From NCBI GenBank assembly GCA_049647405.1, contig JBARXP010000451.1, forward strand, positions 14,771 to 78,770: DNA of 64,000 nucleotides. Reading direction: 5' to 3'. The position numbers were made by a program, and so were the translations under genes. A model generated the notes under the pieces. The model was given only the letters and a program-made list of their open reading frames with translations. It was not told the origin of the DNA and made no database searches. This DNA is from Elainellaceae cyanobacterium (GTDB taxonomy: Bacteria; Cyanobacteriota; Cyanobacteriia; CAKZMO01). Shown one piece after another: positions 29,237 to 39,351 of this stretch (positions are counted from its first letter, which is position 1; every line of letters starts with the position of its first letter).

Positions 29237-29752
29237 TCACTCAAAGTCTTGAGGCCCGTCATAGCCCGATATGTCGGCTAGCTGTTCTAGAGAATGTACG
29301 CCTGGATATAGCTCACCATTGATTTTCCACGTGGGGAAGCCTTCAATGCCTTCGTCTATGCAAAGTTGGGGCTGGGCATTGTCGCCTTCTGGATCGCATT
29401 CGACATAGTTGATCGTGCTCACCGCTTCCCCAAACATTGCCTTTTGGTCAGCGCAGTGAGGGCACCAGTACGCTCCATACATGGTGGCATCGATGTCATT
29501 AAAGTAATTGGCCAGCGCCTGTTTTGCCGCAACAGACTCTGGTGAAACATCCGAGGTTACTGCACCTTCATCGGTGCTCGTCACAGCAGCCGTTTCAGAA
29601 GACTGGGTGGCTTGAGAATCGGGTTGTTCTGGGCTGCAAGCGGTGAGCGCAAGACAACTCATGGCGATGGCGATCGCACCTATCTTTGCCTGAGAACCTG
29701 TAAAACGCTGGGCTGGAGCCGAAACACGACCATAGAAAGACTGAAAAATCAT
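29237..29752 (-). CDS. thioredoxin-fold thiol-disulfide oxidoreductase lipoprotein (CPHC active site)
   Basis: Lipobox LTAC, active site YWCPHC, DsbA/TlpA-like. Confidence 0.6.
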   Translation of the reverse strand: MIFQSFYGRVSAPAQRFTGSQAKIGAIAIAMSCLALTACSPEQPDSQATQSSETAAVTSTDEGAVTSDVSPESVAAKQALANYFNDIDATMYGAYWCPHCADQKAMFGEAVSTINYVECDPEGDNAQPQLCIDEGIEGFPTWKINGELYPGVHSLEQLADISGYDGPQDFE

Positions 29753-29891
29753 TGCTTAATTACTGTTTGAAAACAAAATAAAACGATAGAAGAGGATGGA
29801 GTGTCGCAGTCAGTCAGTAGGTTAAGCGAGGATCAACGATCATTACGGGTGAAGCATCCACAAACTCTTACTGCAAGGATAACTCAGACTT

Positions 29892-32126
29892 TTAGGGCAC
29901 CTGCTTGTCAGCATCCTGTTCTGTCTGTGAAGGAGCTGAAGGCGAGTCTGATGGCTTCGAGTTCGCTGCATGATCAGAGTTGGCAGAGGGTATCTCTGAC
30001 GTTTCAGGAGACGACGAATTCTTGCTGTCACTGTCGCTCTGATTACTATTGCTCTGCTTGCTGCCGCCTGTGCGATTGCGATTGCTGTCGCTTTTAGGAC
30101 TGTCGCTCTTAGCGTTGTTATCGCTGGCAGGGGGAGATGGCTTCGAAGACGACTTTGAGGCTGGCTCTCCAGATGGCATGGGCACTGGCATCGGAATTTC
30201 TTCTACAGCTGGCAGTTTTTCTAATGACAAGCGCCCTGGAGTCGTGCCACCTGACAACCGACGCAAAAGCTTGGGACGCGGATCGTGCAGCAAATAAATG
30301 ATGCGATCGCCCGGTCGCCATTCTTCTGATGCTTGTACAACTTGAAATCGGAGATTTCGCTCAATTAATAAGGGTACTAGCTCTCCCGCACGAGTCAGCG
30401 CCCGCAGATGAGCTTGTTGAAACAGAAGCCCTGTTTCTCTCAGGGTTGTTTCGCCCAGCTTTACCGCTCCGTCTTTAATAAAACCATTCCATTTTTTCAG
30501 GGGTAACTGCTCCGTAAACGCCTGCTGCACCTTGGGTGAACTTCCTTTCGGGGGCTTTGCTGCTTTGGCTGTGCCCGTTGCCGCAGGAGCCGCACTGGGG
30601 GGTTGTTCTGCCGTGGTTTTGAGTTCACCTGGCGAGACGACCAAGACTCGGGGCGGTTTGAACTCTTCTGAGGCTCGCTGAGCCAACACTAGATTGACTT
30701 CGCCATTGTTGGTGATGGCAAGAAACGTTCCTGAAGAAGCCAAGCCCGCTGCTTCCAGAACATCCATATCTAATGCACTACTTGCGACAACCGGAAGTCC
30801 TTCTTGTTCTGCTTCGGCACAAGCTTCTTCGTCGGTGTCAATGATGACAATCGATTCATTATTTTCTTGAAAAAACCGGGCAATGATACGACTCAGAGGA
30901 TTGCACCCGACAATGACAGCGCCAGTCGCCTGTGTCGAGGTGATTTGCAACCAACGTGCGACCCATCCTGCCGTCAGCCCCTGCACCGAGACCGTCGCGA
31001 TAATCGTGAGAAACACGAGCGCTTTGATCGCATCGCCACCGCTAATGCCGCGTTCAGTCAGCAAGATCGCAAACAAAGAGGCAACCGACGCAGAAACGAT
31101 CCCTTTTGGGGCAACCCAAGCCAAGAAAAACTTTTGACGCCAGTTTAGATCGCTATTCCAGGTGCAGAGCCACACATTAATGGGGCGCACAACAAACATC
31201 AGAACCGCCACCGTCAAGAGGGCTCCGCTGCCCAGGGCAAACACACTCGCAATCGAGAGATCAGCCGACAGCAGAATAAACAGCACCGACACCGCAAGGA
31301 TGGTGAGCTGCCCCTTAAACCGCCGCAGTAAACGTTCTTCTGGCACAGATGCTGCACGGAGAACGATGCCCGCTAGCACGGTTGCCATCAGCCCTGACTC
31401 GCTTTGAATAATCTGAGCTAGCCCAAATAATCCCCAGACACCTGCAAGAACAACCAAATTCTTGAGTTCTTCAGACAGGAATTCGGCTCTTTTTAAGAAA
31501 AACCCAAGTATCCAACCTCCGATCGCCCCGATCGCCCCGCCAATACTCAGCCGCAACAGCAGGCCGCTAATCACGGCAAGCGGATCTGTATCCCCGTTGA
31601 GAATGACATCTAAAACGACCACAGCGAGAATAGCGCCCACAGGGTCAACCAGGACGCCCTCTCCTTCTAGCAAGGTCGCAACTTGGCGATCGACACTCAC
31701 CTGCTTCAGCAGAGGCCCAATCACTGTTGGCCCTGTCACCACCACCAGAGAGGCATATAAAAACGCGAGCGGCCAAGGAAACTCACTCAGCCAGTGAGCC
31801 GCCATACCTCCCCCAATCAGGGTGACGAGGGTACCCACGGTTACAAGGTTTTGTAGACTACTAGAGACCCGACCTAGGTCTCGCAATTCAAGGCTGAGCC
31901 CCCCTTCAAACAAGACCAAAGCTACTGACAGGGCGACAATCACCTCAAGGCCAGAGCCTAGGTCGCTAGGATGCAGCAAATTAAGACCATCTGGCCCGAC
32001 CAAGATGCCGAAGAGCAGGAGAAACACAATGCTCGGCAGCTTAAAGTAGTCACCCAAAACTTGAGCGCTGATGCCAGCAATGGTCGCGATGACTATCTGT
32101 AGTGTGAGCCCAAATGGAGTATCCAT
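29892..32126 (-). CDS. CPA1 Na+(K+)/H+ antiporter (NhaP type) with cytoplasmic RCK/TrkA-N domain and long Ser-rich C-terminal tail
   Basis: N-terminal exchanger TM core (LLFGILVGPDGLNLL), TrkA-N like VIVGCNPLSRIIARFF...IIDTD, tail SKSSSKPSPPASDNNAKSDSPKSDS... Confidence 0.8.
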   Translation of the reverse strand: MDTPFGLTLQIVIATIAGISAQVLGDYFKLPSIVFLLLFGILVGPDGLNLLHPSDLGSGLEVIVALSVALVLFEGGLSLELRDLGRVSSSLQNLVTVGTLVTLIGGGMAAHWLSEFPWPLAFLYASLVVVTGPTVIGPLLKQVSVDRQVATLLEGEGVLVDPVGAILAVVVLDVILNGDTDPLAVISGLLLRLSIGGAIGAIGGWILGFFLKRAEFLSEELKNLVVLAGVWGLFGLAQIIQSESGLMATVLAGIVLRAASVPEERLLRRFKGQLTILAVSVLFILLSADLSIASVFALGSGALLTVAVLMFVVRPINVWLCTWNSDLNWRQKFFLAWVAPKGIVSASVASLFAILLTERGISGGDAIKALVFLTIIATVSVQGLTAGWVARWLQITSTQATGAVIVGCNPLSRIIARFFQENNESIVIIDTDEEACAEAEQEGLPVVASSALDMDVLEAAGLASSGTFLAITNNGEVNLVLAQRASEEFKPPRVLVVSPGELKTTAEQPPSAAPAATGTAKAAKPPKGSSPKVQQAFTEQLPLKKWNGFIKDGAVKLGETTLRETGLLFQQAHLRALTRAGELVPLLIERNLRFQVVQASEEWRPGDRIIYLLHDPRPKLLRRLSGGTTPGRLSLEKLPAVEEIPMPVPMPSGEPASKSSSKPSPPASDNNAKSDSPKSDSNRNRTGGSKQSNSNQSDSDSKNSSSPETSEIPSANSDHAANSKPSDSPSAPSQTEQDADKQVP

Positions 32127-32578
32127 AGGATCTAATCAGCGATGCTCCTTTGTTGCTCCTGAAGCATCAAAACGGCAGCAGCGTTGATAGAGTTGTGTAA
32201 GTCTGCCATGAACCTAAGAGACTCTTTGAATTAAGACAGAATAATGGCGGCTTTTTTTACCTAGCTTTGAGGTACCTAGCCTTGAGGTAAATACGATCGC
32301 CATGACTTCAAAATAACTCCCGATGCCCACCATCGTCAGCCATCGTCCAACGACATTCATCTAATATTGTGACAACGCTCATCCGTGCCTAAAAAACCCG
32401 GTTAACTACTTCGGAGAACCGAGCTAAACTACGGTCACTTTACGAAAGGCAATGTAGCGTATCAAGCATAACATCATTGCTTCTGTGATGCGGCTGCGAT
32501 CGCCGTTTCTCTTGCAGATTAAGGGTTCTAGCCTTTGCTTGAAAATCGCGTGCTTCGTCTGGGGATCGCTCACCCGTT

Positions 32579-33949
32579 TTAATCTCTCAAGAGCAAATAG
32601 AACAGCTCCCCAGGCGTGTTGATCAGTCCGGCTCGCTCACCCGCTTGCCGACCCGTGCCCATAAAAATGTCGGCTCGGCCTGCCCCCCGAATTGCACCTC
32701 CGGTGTCTTGATCAAGCACGAAGCGACTGACAGGGCGAGTCTCTACCTGATTTGATGGGGTCACCACAGGATAGTTCAGCAGGAAAACAGCCAGCGCGCC
32801 GGGTGGCATCAGTGTCTTATCGGTTGCAATTGATCGTTCAGCCGTTACAGGCACATCTAAAGACCCTGCGGGAGGTGCTCCGTATGTTTCTCGGAAAAAG
32901 ATGAAGCGGTTATTTTGAGGCACGTATCGGTTCAAATCTTCGGGATGGCGCTGAAAGTGATCTAGCAGCACAGGAAGCGTCAGTTCTGCTTCTGGAATAA
33001 TGCCATCATCGATTAGCATCCGTCCGATGCTGCGATATTCGTATTCTGTGCGGCCATCGTAACCCACGCTCATCGTCGAGCCATCGGTGAGCTGTAACCG
33101 GGCAGAGCCTTGGACTTGAACGAGAAAAGCGTCTAGGCGATCGCGCAGCCATATGAGTTCTAACCCGTTGAGCCGTCCGGTTGCCCCTTGTAGACCATCC
33201 AATCCTTCTAGGTCAGCCCGAGTCGGATGCGGGAGAGACCAGCTCTCTAAATCAGCCGGAACCCGATAGAGAGGATAGCGATAGGTCGGTGTCGGCACTC
33301 GACTCGCGGCATAGGTCGGCTCAAAATACCCCGTAAAATCGACGGTGCCATGTCCATCGACACCCGTGGCCTGGTAAAAGTGAAATTCGCGCTGAACGGC
33401 TTCTTGCAGCTCCCCGGCTGAGCGAGACGAGTTGACGAGTTGACGAAAGCGAGCAAGGCTACGACGCACTCGATCGCGCGTTATGCCACTGATAAAAGCC
33501 TCGGAAGCCGTATATTCTGCATAGTCTACTGATGCGGCAGGGGTTCGCAGATAAGCGAGTGACTGATCGACCGCATTGAGTAGTCGCTGGCGATCGCCAA
33601 CGAACCCATCTTCACCCCAAATGCGGCCATCGAACCCAAGACGGGAGCGATCTAGCACAACCTCGCCTCGCTCGACCTGCTCACGCAGTTCTGAGACAGG
33701 CGTCAGCCGCAAAGGAAGAGTCTCGGCGGCGGACGATGCCTCATGATGAGTTGTCTCTTTGTTTGACAACGGCGCGTTGGGCGGTTGTTCTAGTGCTAGT
33801 TCTAGTGCTGGTGCTGGTGCTGGTGCTGTCAACCCTGCTTCGGCGACGACCAGAACCATAACGGTCGCAAGAAAAAAGGCGATCGCCTTCAGCAATCTCC
33901 TCTGGTTATGACTTGATATTTTCCACAGATCAGAACGCATCACCTTCAC
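32579..33949 (-). CDS. mltA: membrane-bound lytic murein transglycosylase A (MltA) with 3D domain
   Basis: MltA-domain GSARLQLTDGSTMSVGYDGRTEY and C-terminal 3D motif DTGGAIRG...ADIFMGTG; N-terminal Ala-Pro repeat after signal anchor. Confidence 0.7.
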   Translation of the reverse strand: MKVMRSDLWKISSHNQRRLLKAIAFFLATVMVLVVAEAGLTAPAPAPALELALEQPPNAPLSNKETTHHEASSAAETLPLRLTPVSELREQVERGEVVLDRSRLGFDGRIWGEDGFVGDRQRLLNAVDQSLAYLRTPAASVDYAEYTASEAFISGITRDRVRRSLARFRQLVNSSRSAGELQEAVQREFHFYQATGVDGHGTVDFTGYFEPTYAASRVPTPTYRYPLYRVPADLESWSLPHPTRADLEGLDGLQGATGRLNGLELIWLRDRLDAFLVQVQGSARLQLTDGSTMSVGYDGRTEYEYRSIGRMLIDDGIIPEAELTLPVLLDHFQRHPEDLNRYVPQNNRFIFFRETYGAPPAGSLDVPVTAERSIATDKTLMPPGALAVFLLNYPVVTPSNQVETRPVSRFVLDQDTGGAIRGAGRADIFMGTGRQAGERAGLINTPGELFYLLLRD

Positions 33950-34044
33950 TTGGTTGATTCGGTAACCCAGATTTTCATCACTCTGAGTTTGTGTTCACTC
34001 TGAGTCTTGGAAAATCCGGAACGGGCTGAACAACAGCCCATTCT

Positions 34045-34296
34045 CTAAAAGCGTTCCACACTAGAAGAAAAGATGGGCTCCACTCGAATGGCCACAATAC
34101 TGCGGGGACGAGCCACCATATATTCTCCCTGGATGTTCTTAATCGGGATCGTGATGAAGTCAGAAGCATCGGCCTTTGGCACTAATTCGCCGCTGTACCA
34201 TTTCTGAAAATCTTGGATGGTTGGAAAACGCACTTCTTCTCGATGGCCGCCTTCCATGAAGATATGAACGGCGTATTCGCTTGGACTTCTAGGCAT
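34045..34296 (-). CDS. small hypothetical protein (83 aa)
   Basis: ORF with SD-like AGAGGT upstream; no recognised motifs. Confidence 0.4.
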   Translation of the reverse strand: MPRSPSEYAVHIFMEGGHREEVRFPTIQDFQKWYSGELVPKADASDFITIPIKNIQGEYMVARPRSIVAIRVEPIFSSSVERF

Positions 34297-34410
34297 ACTG
34301 GCTCGTTACCTCTACAGGGCCTAACAACACTAGACTCTATCCCAAAACAGTAGAATCTCGAAACACCCATGCCCTAAATTAATCAACTCTTTGCATCTTT
34401 GTCGCCTTCT

Positions 34411-34920
34411 TCAAAGCGTTTTGGGGGTGTAGGGCGAAAATAGGCTACAGTTCCCTTTTTGAACTGTGATAACAGTTTTCACTCCTCCCCGTCGAGTGAA
34501 ATCGCCAATCACTCTAATTCCTGAAGGTGAAAGCTCGTTTTGGAGGCGATCGCACACTTGGTTCACGATCGCTTCATGGCTGACGCGTTCGTTACGAAAC
34601 GAATTGATGTAGAGCTTAAAGGCTTTTAGCTCGATCACCCATTGATCGGGCTGATAATCGACCACAATCGTTCCAAAGTCAGGGTAGCCCGACCGAGGGC
34701 AAAGGGCGGTGAATTCTGGATGCTCAAGATGAATCGTGTAATCGTTGCCTGAGGGGTTAGGCCATTTTTCTAGGGGCTGAACGGCGGCATCTACAATCGC
34801 GCGATCGCCATACTTGAGAGAAGGTGACTCAGGCGACGCGTCTTTGACGGAAGGGCAGGGAGATGGAGAACTATATGGAGAATTATGTAGAGACTGATTC
34901 ATGATGTTATCGACGCTCAA
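34411..34920 (-). CDS. queF: NADPH-dependent 7-cyano-7-deazaguanine reductase QueF (type I) with N- and C-terminal extensions
   Basis: Core EFTALCPRSGYPDFGTIVVDYQP...ELKAFKLYINSFRNERVSHEA with catalytic Cys and E(S/L)K(S/A)hK(L/Y)(Y/F/W) motif. Confidence 0.75.
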   Translation of the reverse strand: MSVDNIMNQSLHNSPYSSPSPCPSVKDASPESPSLKYGDRAIVDAAVQPLEKWPNPSGNDYTIHLEHPEFTALCPRSGYPDFGTIVVDYQPDQWVIELKAFKLYINSFRNERVSHEAIVNQVCDRLQNELSPSGIRVIGDFTRRGGVKTVITVQKGNCSLFSPYTPKTL

Positions 34921-35146
34921 CAGGAGACGGGCTTACTCTGGCAAGGCAAGCCCCATAGAATTGTAGGGGAATTGAGGCAAGAGCGAGAACCGATCGAAGT
35001 CCCGCCGAGTAAGACCTCTGCGACAGTCTCTGCGACAGTAGATCGAACCTGCGATCTGATGATGCGGCAAGACGTTTGAGCTTCTTGTCTATGCCCTAAT
35101 CACCTATCCACTCTTTGCTGATTTGACGCAGGTCAGCAATTCAGCA

Positions 35147-35536
35147 TTAGTGATTTTCTCTGCTGCAACCATAATCCATCGCTGCCCGGTTGAGAGTGTC
35201 TTTCCCTACGGAATGCCATGAATCTCCCGTAGTCTTGTCATTGACCACAACATCCCGGTATTGGCTCTTTTGGCACAGATATTCTGTCGTTGCCACATTG
35301 AGTGAGTTCGGATCGTCTTGAAAGCCCCACGATGTTTTCAGGCGGATGTATGTGGGTTGCCCCTCAGCTTGCTCAACGACCTGAATCGAGTCTACATCGA
35401 CGTACTGCCGCTCAAGCGTCTGGTCTGACTTCGCCACCATAACCCAACTTTCCGCCATCGCAGCCTTAGGAACCAGCAGCCATAGGAAGAAGCCGATCAC
35501 GAGCAGGGTCATTACGGTTCGCAGGGTAGCCATCAC
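35147..35536 (-). CDS. secreted/periplasmic hypothetical protein (signal peptide, 2 Cys)
   Basis: N-terminal hydrophobic signal MMATLRTVMTLLVIGFFLWLLVPKAAMA. Confidence 0.45.
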   Translation of the reverse strand: MMATLRTVMTLLVIGFFLWLLVPKAAMAESWVMVAKSDQTLERQYVDVDSIQVVEQAEGQPTYIRLKTSWGFQDDPNSLNVATTEYLCQKSQYRDVVVNDKTTGDSWHSVGKDTLNRAAMDYGCSRENH

Positions 35537-35592
35537 TGTTCACTTCATCGCTAACGCGTTTCAAGTTCCTATCATCGCTCATTCTGCGAGGC

Positions 35593-36282
35593 TTATTTTT
35601 CAGGATCAATCAACTCAGCTTCTTCCACACGCTTCAGCGCAAAAGATGCCGCAGCTGCAACATTGGAGTGCGGATCTTTTTCGAGGTATCGCAATGCGGA
35701 GAGACTTTTCGGCGTCGGCAAATTGCCAAGAGCTTCTGCGAGTCGTTGTCGCACCAACCAATCCTCAGACTGGGCAAACTCCAGCATTTTATCAACGGCC
35801 TGCACGGCCTTAATTTCACCCAGAGCGGCGATCGCCGCTTGCTGAATCACACCTTCTTTGCTGCCGAGAGCCTCGATCAGAGTATCGTGAGCCCGAGGAT
35901 CTTTGAGATTACCGAGAGACACGGCTGCGCTGAAACGCACGAGCCAATCCGTATCTTCGAAAAAGGCATGACTTAGGGGCTCAAAGGCACGAGGATCTTC
36001 TAAATATCCTAAAGCGCCTGCTGCACCCGCTCGAATACTGTAGTCAGGATCAGACTGGAGAATGTCTACCAGCAGAGGGTAGCACTCGTCGGTCGGCTTT
36101 ATCCCCAGAGCAAACACGGCCATGGAGCGGATCTGCAAATTCTCATCGTCTAGCACCTTTTTAATCAGGGGCACAGCCTCAAAAGGAGCGACATCGCGCA
36201 GAGAGACTAGAGCGAGCAGGCGATCGCGCGTACTTTGGCTGTCGAGTTGGCAAGCAATGTGCTCTAAGTTGACCTGACTCAT
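35593..36282 (-). CDS. HEAT-repeat protein (PBS-lyase/CpcE/NblB-like)
   Basis: ~6 repeats with (V/I)R..A(A/V).ALG.(I/L) periodicity. Confidence 0.65.
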   Translation of the reverse strand: MSQVNLEHIACQLDSQSTRDRLLALVSLRDVAPFEAVPLIKKVLDDENLQIRSMAVFALGIKPTDECYPLLVDILQSDPDYSIRAGAAGALGYLEDPRAFEPLSHAFFEDTDWLVRFSAAVSLGNLKDPRAHDTLIEALGSKEGVIQQAAIAALGEIKAVQAVDKMLEFAQSEDWLVRQRLAEALGNLPTPKSLSALRYLEKDPHSNVAAAASFALKRVEEAELIDPEK

Positions 36283-36498
36283 AGCGGTTTTTATTACGAA
36301 ATGTTACATCTAATTCTTATCTTATCGTGACCTATCGGCTTTCTCCCAAAACTCCAAGAGTTTCTGTCATTTGAGAGATTTTTGATACTGTCTTGACATT
36401 GACTCAGGGGTCACTTCAGCAATGGTCGCTTCAGCAATGGTCGCTTCAGCAATTTTTGCTCTAATCATCATGGCAATAGAATTGCACCAGCTTAATCG

Positions 36499-37752
36499 CT
36501 AGCATCTCTGATACAACATGCCAGGAAGCTGTGTCACAAGCCCCATAAGTTCGAGTTGGGCCAGCGCTCCTAAGACAATGCCCGTGGGCATCGACGCGCC
36601 TTCTACAATAAAGTCGAGGGCCATAGGGTTGAGAGAAATCACCTGCAACACCTGCGCTAAATCGGGCGACAGCGAGGGGGGCGGTAATGGACGAGCAGCA
36701 GAACGCTGAGAAGAATTGAGAGGCGATGGCTGCAAGTCTCGCTTGGGGCGTAGATCGGATGTTGAATGATTTGAGTTAGAGGATATTGCAGGAGACTTGG
36801 CCTCAACCTGTCTAGGTGTCTGCATCTCTGTGTCTTGCAAAACCTCTGTATTCCAAAAATGTGGCATTGCTCCTAGCATTTCTAGCAGAGAGTCTTCACT
36901 CAAAATCATGTGAGCCCCATCGTGAATCAGTCGGAGACAGCCCTCAGAAACTGGGTTGTCTAGAGATCCAGGCAGAGCATACACGTCTCGGTTGTAGTCT
37001 GTTGCCAGTCGTGCCGTAATCAATGCTCCCGATTGCAGAGGAGCCTCAATTACGAGAACTGAGCGGCTTAGTCCTGCAATGATTCGATTACGTCGAGGAA
37101 AGTGGGCGCGGTCAGGCTTCGTGCCTGCCGGATATTCGCTCAGAATCAGCCCTCGTTCTACAATCTCTTTTGCCAAACGACGGTTGGATGATGGATAAAT
37201 CAGGTTTACCCCTGTGCCGATGACTGCGATCGTGCGTCCCCCTTGTTCTAGGACACTGTGATGCGCTTCGGCATCTACCCCTTCTGCAAGCCCAGAGACA
37301 ACGGTAAAGCCCGCATTGACAAGGGTGCGAGCAATGCGACGAGCCCAGCGTTTGCCGTAATCTGTAGGGCGACGCGTGCCAACAATGGCGATCGCCGGAA
37401 TGATGCCTTGATTTTCGTCTTGCTCGACCTGTCCTCGAAAGTAAAGCAGGGATGGCGGATCAGGCAGTTCTAGCAGTAGCCGAGGATAGTCAGCGTCTGC
37501 GGGAGTCCAGAGGTTAGGATTCTGCTGCAAATGGTCGCTGAAATGTTGTTCGACATCAAACGCAGAACGGGTTTGGGCGATCGCCAACGCCGTTTGGAGG
37601 CCGATGCCATCTACTTCAAGAAGCGCGGCAACGTCAGCGTCCCAGGCAACCTCTAGATCTCCAAAATGTTGATAGATTCGATACACCAATATCGAACCAA
37701 GACCTGGAATTTGAGACCAGGCCAACCAAAAAGCTCCCTTTTGCACAGCCAT
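36499..37752 (-). CDS. dprA: DNA processing protein DprA (Smf)
   Basis: SAM-like N-term, Rossmann core IAIVGTRRPTDYG...VVSGLAEGVDAEAH...VIGTGVNLIYP, extended C-terminal domain. Confidence 0.8.
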   Translation of the reverse strand: MAVQKGAFWLAWSQIPGLGSILVYRIYQHFGDLEVAWDADVAALLEVDGIGLQTALAIAQTRSAFDVEQHFSDHLQQNPNLWTPADADYPRLLLELPDPPSLLYFRGQVEQDENQGIIPAIAIVGTRRPTDYGKRWARRIARTLVNAGFTVVSGLAEGVDAEAHHSVLEQGGRTIAVIGTGVNLIYPSSNRRLAKEIVERGLILSEYPAGTKPDRAHFPRRNRIIAGLSRSVLVIEAPLQSGALITARLATDYNRDVYALPGSLDNPVSEGCLRLIHDGAHMILSEDSLLEMLGAMPHFWNTEVLQDTEMQTPRQVEAKSPAISSNSNHSTSDLRPKRDLQPSPLNSSQRSAARPLPPPSLSPDLAQVLQVISLNPMALDFIVEGASMPTGIVLGALAQLELMGLVTQLPGMLYQRC

Positions 37753-37886
37753 TTACACCCTGATGCGCGACGAATGTTTTTGATGAAACATTCAAGTTTG
37801 CTACAGTATTCCCGAAAAATGGAGTGCAATGGCGATCGCAGGAGCTAGTCCTTGCTACCGTCTATACTCTGCTTGAGATTGCAAGG

Positions 37887-39020
37887 CTAGAAATCAACCC
37901 CGCGTTTTAGGTCAATCCCTTTTTCGGCATAGTGTTTGTGGCAGCAGACTTCTGAGTGAATGCTGGCTAAGTCGAAGTAAGCGGGTGGATGCTTACAGCG
38001 CCCGGTAATGATGACCTCAGTGTCACGAGGCTTACGCAAAAGCGCCTGAATAATCGGCTCAGCCGGCAGCAACTCTAGGTCAACGGTGGGATTCAGCTCA
38101 TCAAGCATGATGGTTTTGTAGAGTCCTGAGGCGATCGCCGCCCGTGCAATTTCCCACCCTCGCTCGGCTTCTACATAATCAATTTCTTGCTGCTGACCGC
38201 GCCATACAATCGCGTCGCGTCCGCAGCGCTGATGATCGACCAGCTGAGGATAGATTTGACGGAGAGCGGCGATCGCCGCATCTTCGGTATACCCCTGTCC
38301 TCCCTTCAGCCACTGCATAATCAAGACCCGATGGGATTTATCTTGACCAATGCCCCGCCCGATTGCTTGCAGAGCTTTTCCGAGGGCACTGGTTGACTTG
38401 CCCTTGCCGTCTCCTGTGTAGATTTCGATGCCTTCAATGCCTTGAGCTGCCGCATCGGGATGCTGATGGGCTTTCATTTCGGAATGCAGATCGGCCACAT
38501 CTAAAATGTCCTGGGGAGCCCCTCGCCCCGTTGCGATAATTTCTAAGTGGTTAGGCTTGTTGCGGAGGGTGCGCACGACTTCGTCAACGGGCAGCAGCCC
38601 CAAATCGAGAATGGGATTGAGTTCGTCGAGCACCACGACCGAATAGAGGCCAGAGGCGATCGCCCCTTTTGCGACATCCCAGCCTCGCTGCGCTTCTTGG
38701 CGATCAAATCGAGTCACCTCAGTGGCATCGAAGAACTCTGCTCGTCCGGTTCTGACCTGATCAATGAGATGGGGAAAGCCTCGCTGTAGGGCTTCGATGG
38801 CTGCATCTTCGTCATAGGTGCGACCCGGCCCTTTGAGAAATCGCAACAGCAGCACGCGAGTTTCCATCACATTTCGAATGCCGAGGCCGATAGAGCGCAA
38901 GACTACTCCCAGTGCAGCTTGAGATTTGCCCTTGCCAGCCCCGTCATAGACGTGAATTTGTCCTGAGACACGCTCAGAGCGCGTTTCAGCCGTGCGAATG
39001 CCAACACCAGTTCGTGTCAT
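37887..39020 (-). CDS. tandem-duplicated CobA/CobO/BtuR-type corrinoid adenosyltransferase-like protein
   Basis: Two ~185-aa halves each with HVYDGAGKGKSQAALG / EIYTGDGKGKSTSALG P-loop and (F/W)LKG motif and LDELNP motif. Confidence 0.6.
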   Translation of the reverse strand: MTRTGVGIRTAETRSERVSGQIHVYDGAGKGKSQAALGVVLRSIGLGIRNVMETRVLLLRFLKGPGRTYDEDAAIEALQRGFPHLIDQVRTGRAEFFDATEVTRFDRQEAQRGWDVAKGAIASGLYSVVVLDELNPILDLGLLPVDEVVRTLRNKPNHLEIIATGRGAPQDILDVADLHSEMKAHQHPDAAAQGIEGIEIYTGDGKGKSTSALGKALQAIGRGIGQDKSHRVLIMQWLKGGQGYTEDAAIAALRQIYPQLVDHQRCGRDAIVWRGQQQEIDYVEAERGWEIARAAIASGLYKTIMLDELNPTVDLELLPAEPIIQALLRKPRDTEVIITGRCKHPPAYFDLASIHSEVCCHKHYAEKGIDLKRGVDF

Positions 39021-39351
39021 TGTTCTTAATGGAGTTATGTGCTGCCCATGCCATGATGGTAAGTCGAAGACTTGCAGATAGGGGGTTTAGATTCGCCTAG
39101 TTTTTTAATCTATTACATCCGTAGGCTTAATACATCCGTAGGCTTAACCCGCTACTCATAGCGTATCGATTCGACCTTTATCGGTTCAAAGCCATATATC
39201 CAGAGCCGCCATCATTATGGCACTATTGTGCTCGACCGCAACTCCTTTTGAGTCAGATTCGATCATCGTTTAGGGAAAGATTCATGATCTAGCGTCTCGC
39301 GAGAACTGCACGGGTGGCCTGCATCCAAGACGTTTTTTCAGCTTTGGTCGA

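Noticed and set aside
34921-35146. preQ1 riboswitch upstream of queF
   Set aside because: preQ1 riboswitches normally control queC/queT-type genes, and no compact preQ1-I/II consensus hairpin was recognisable here.
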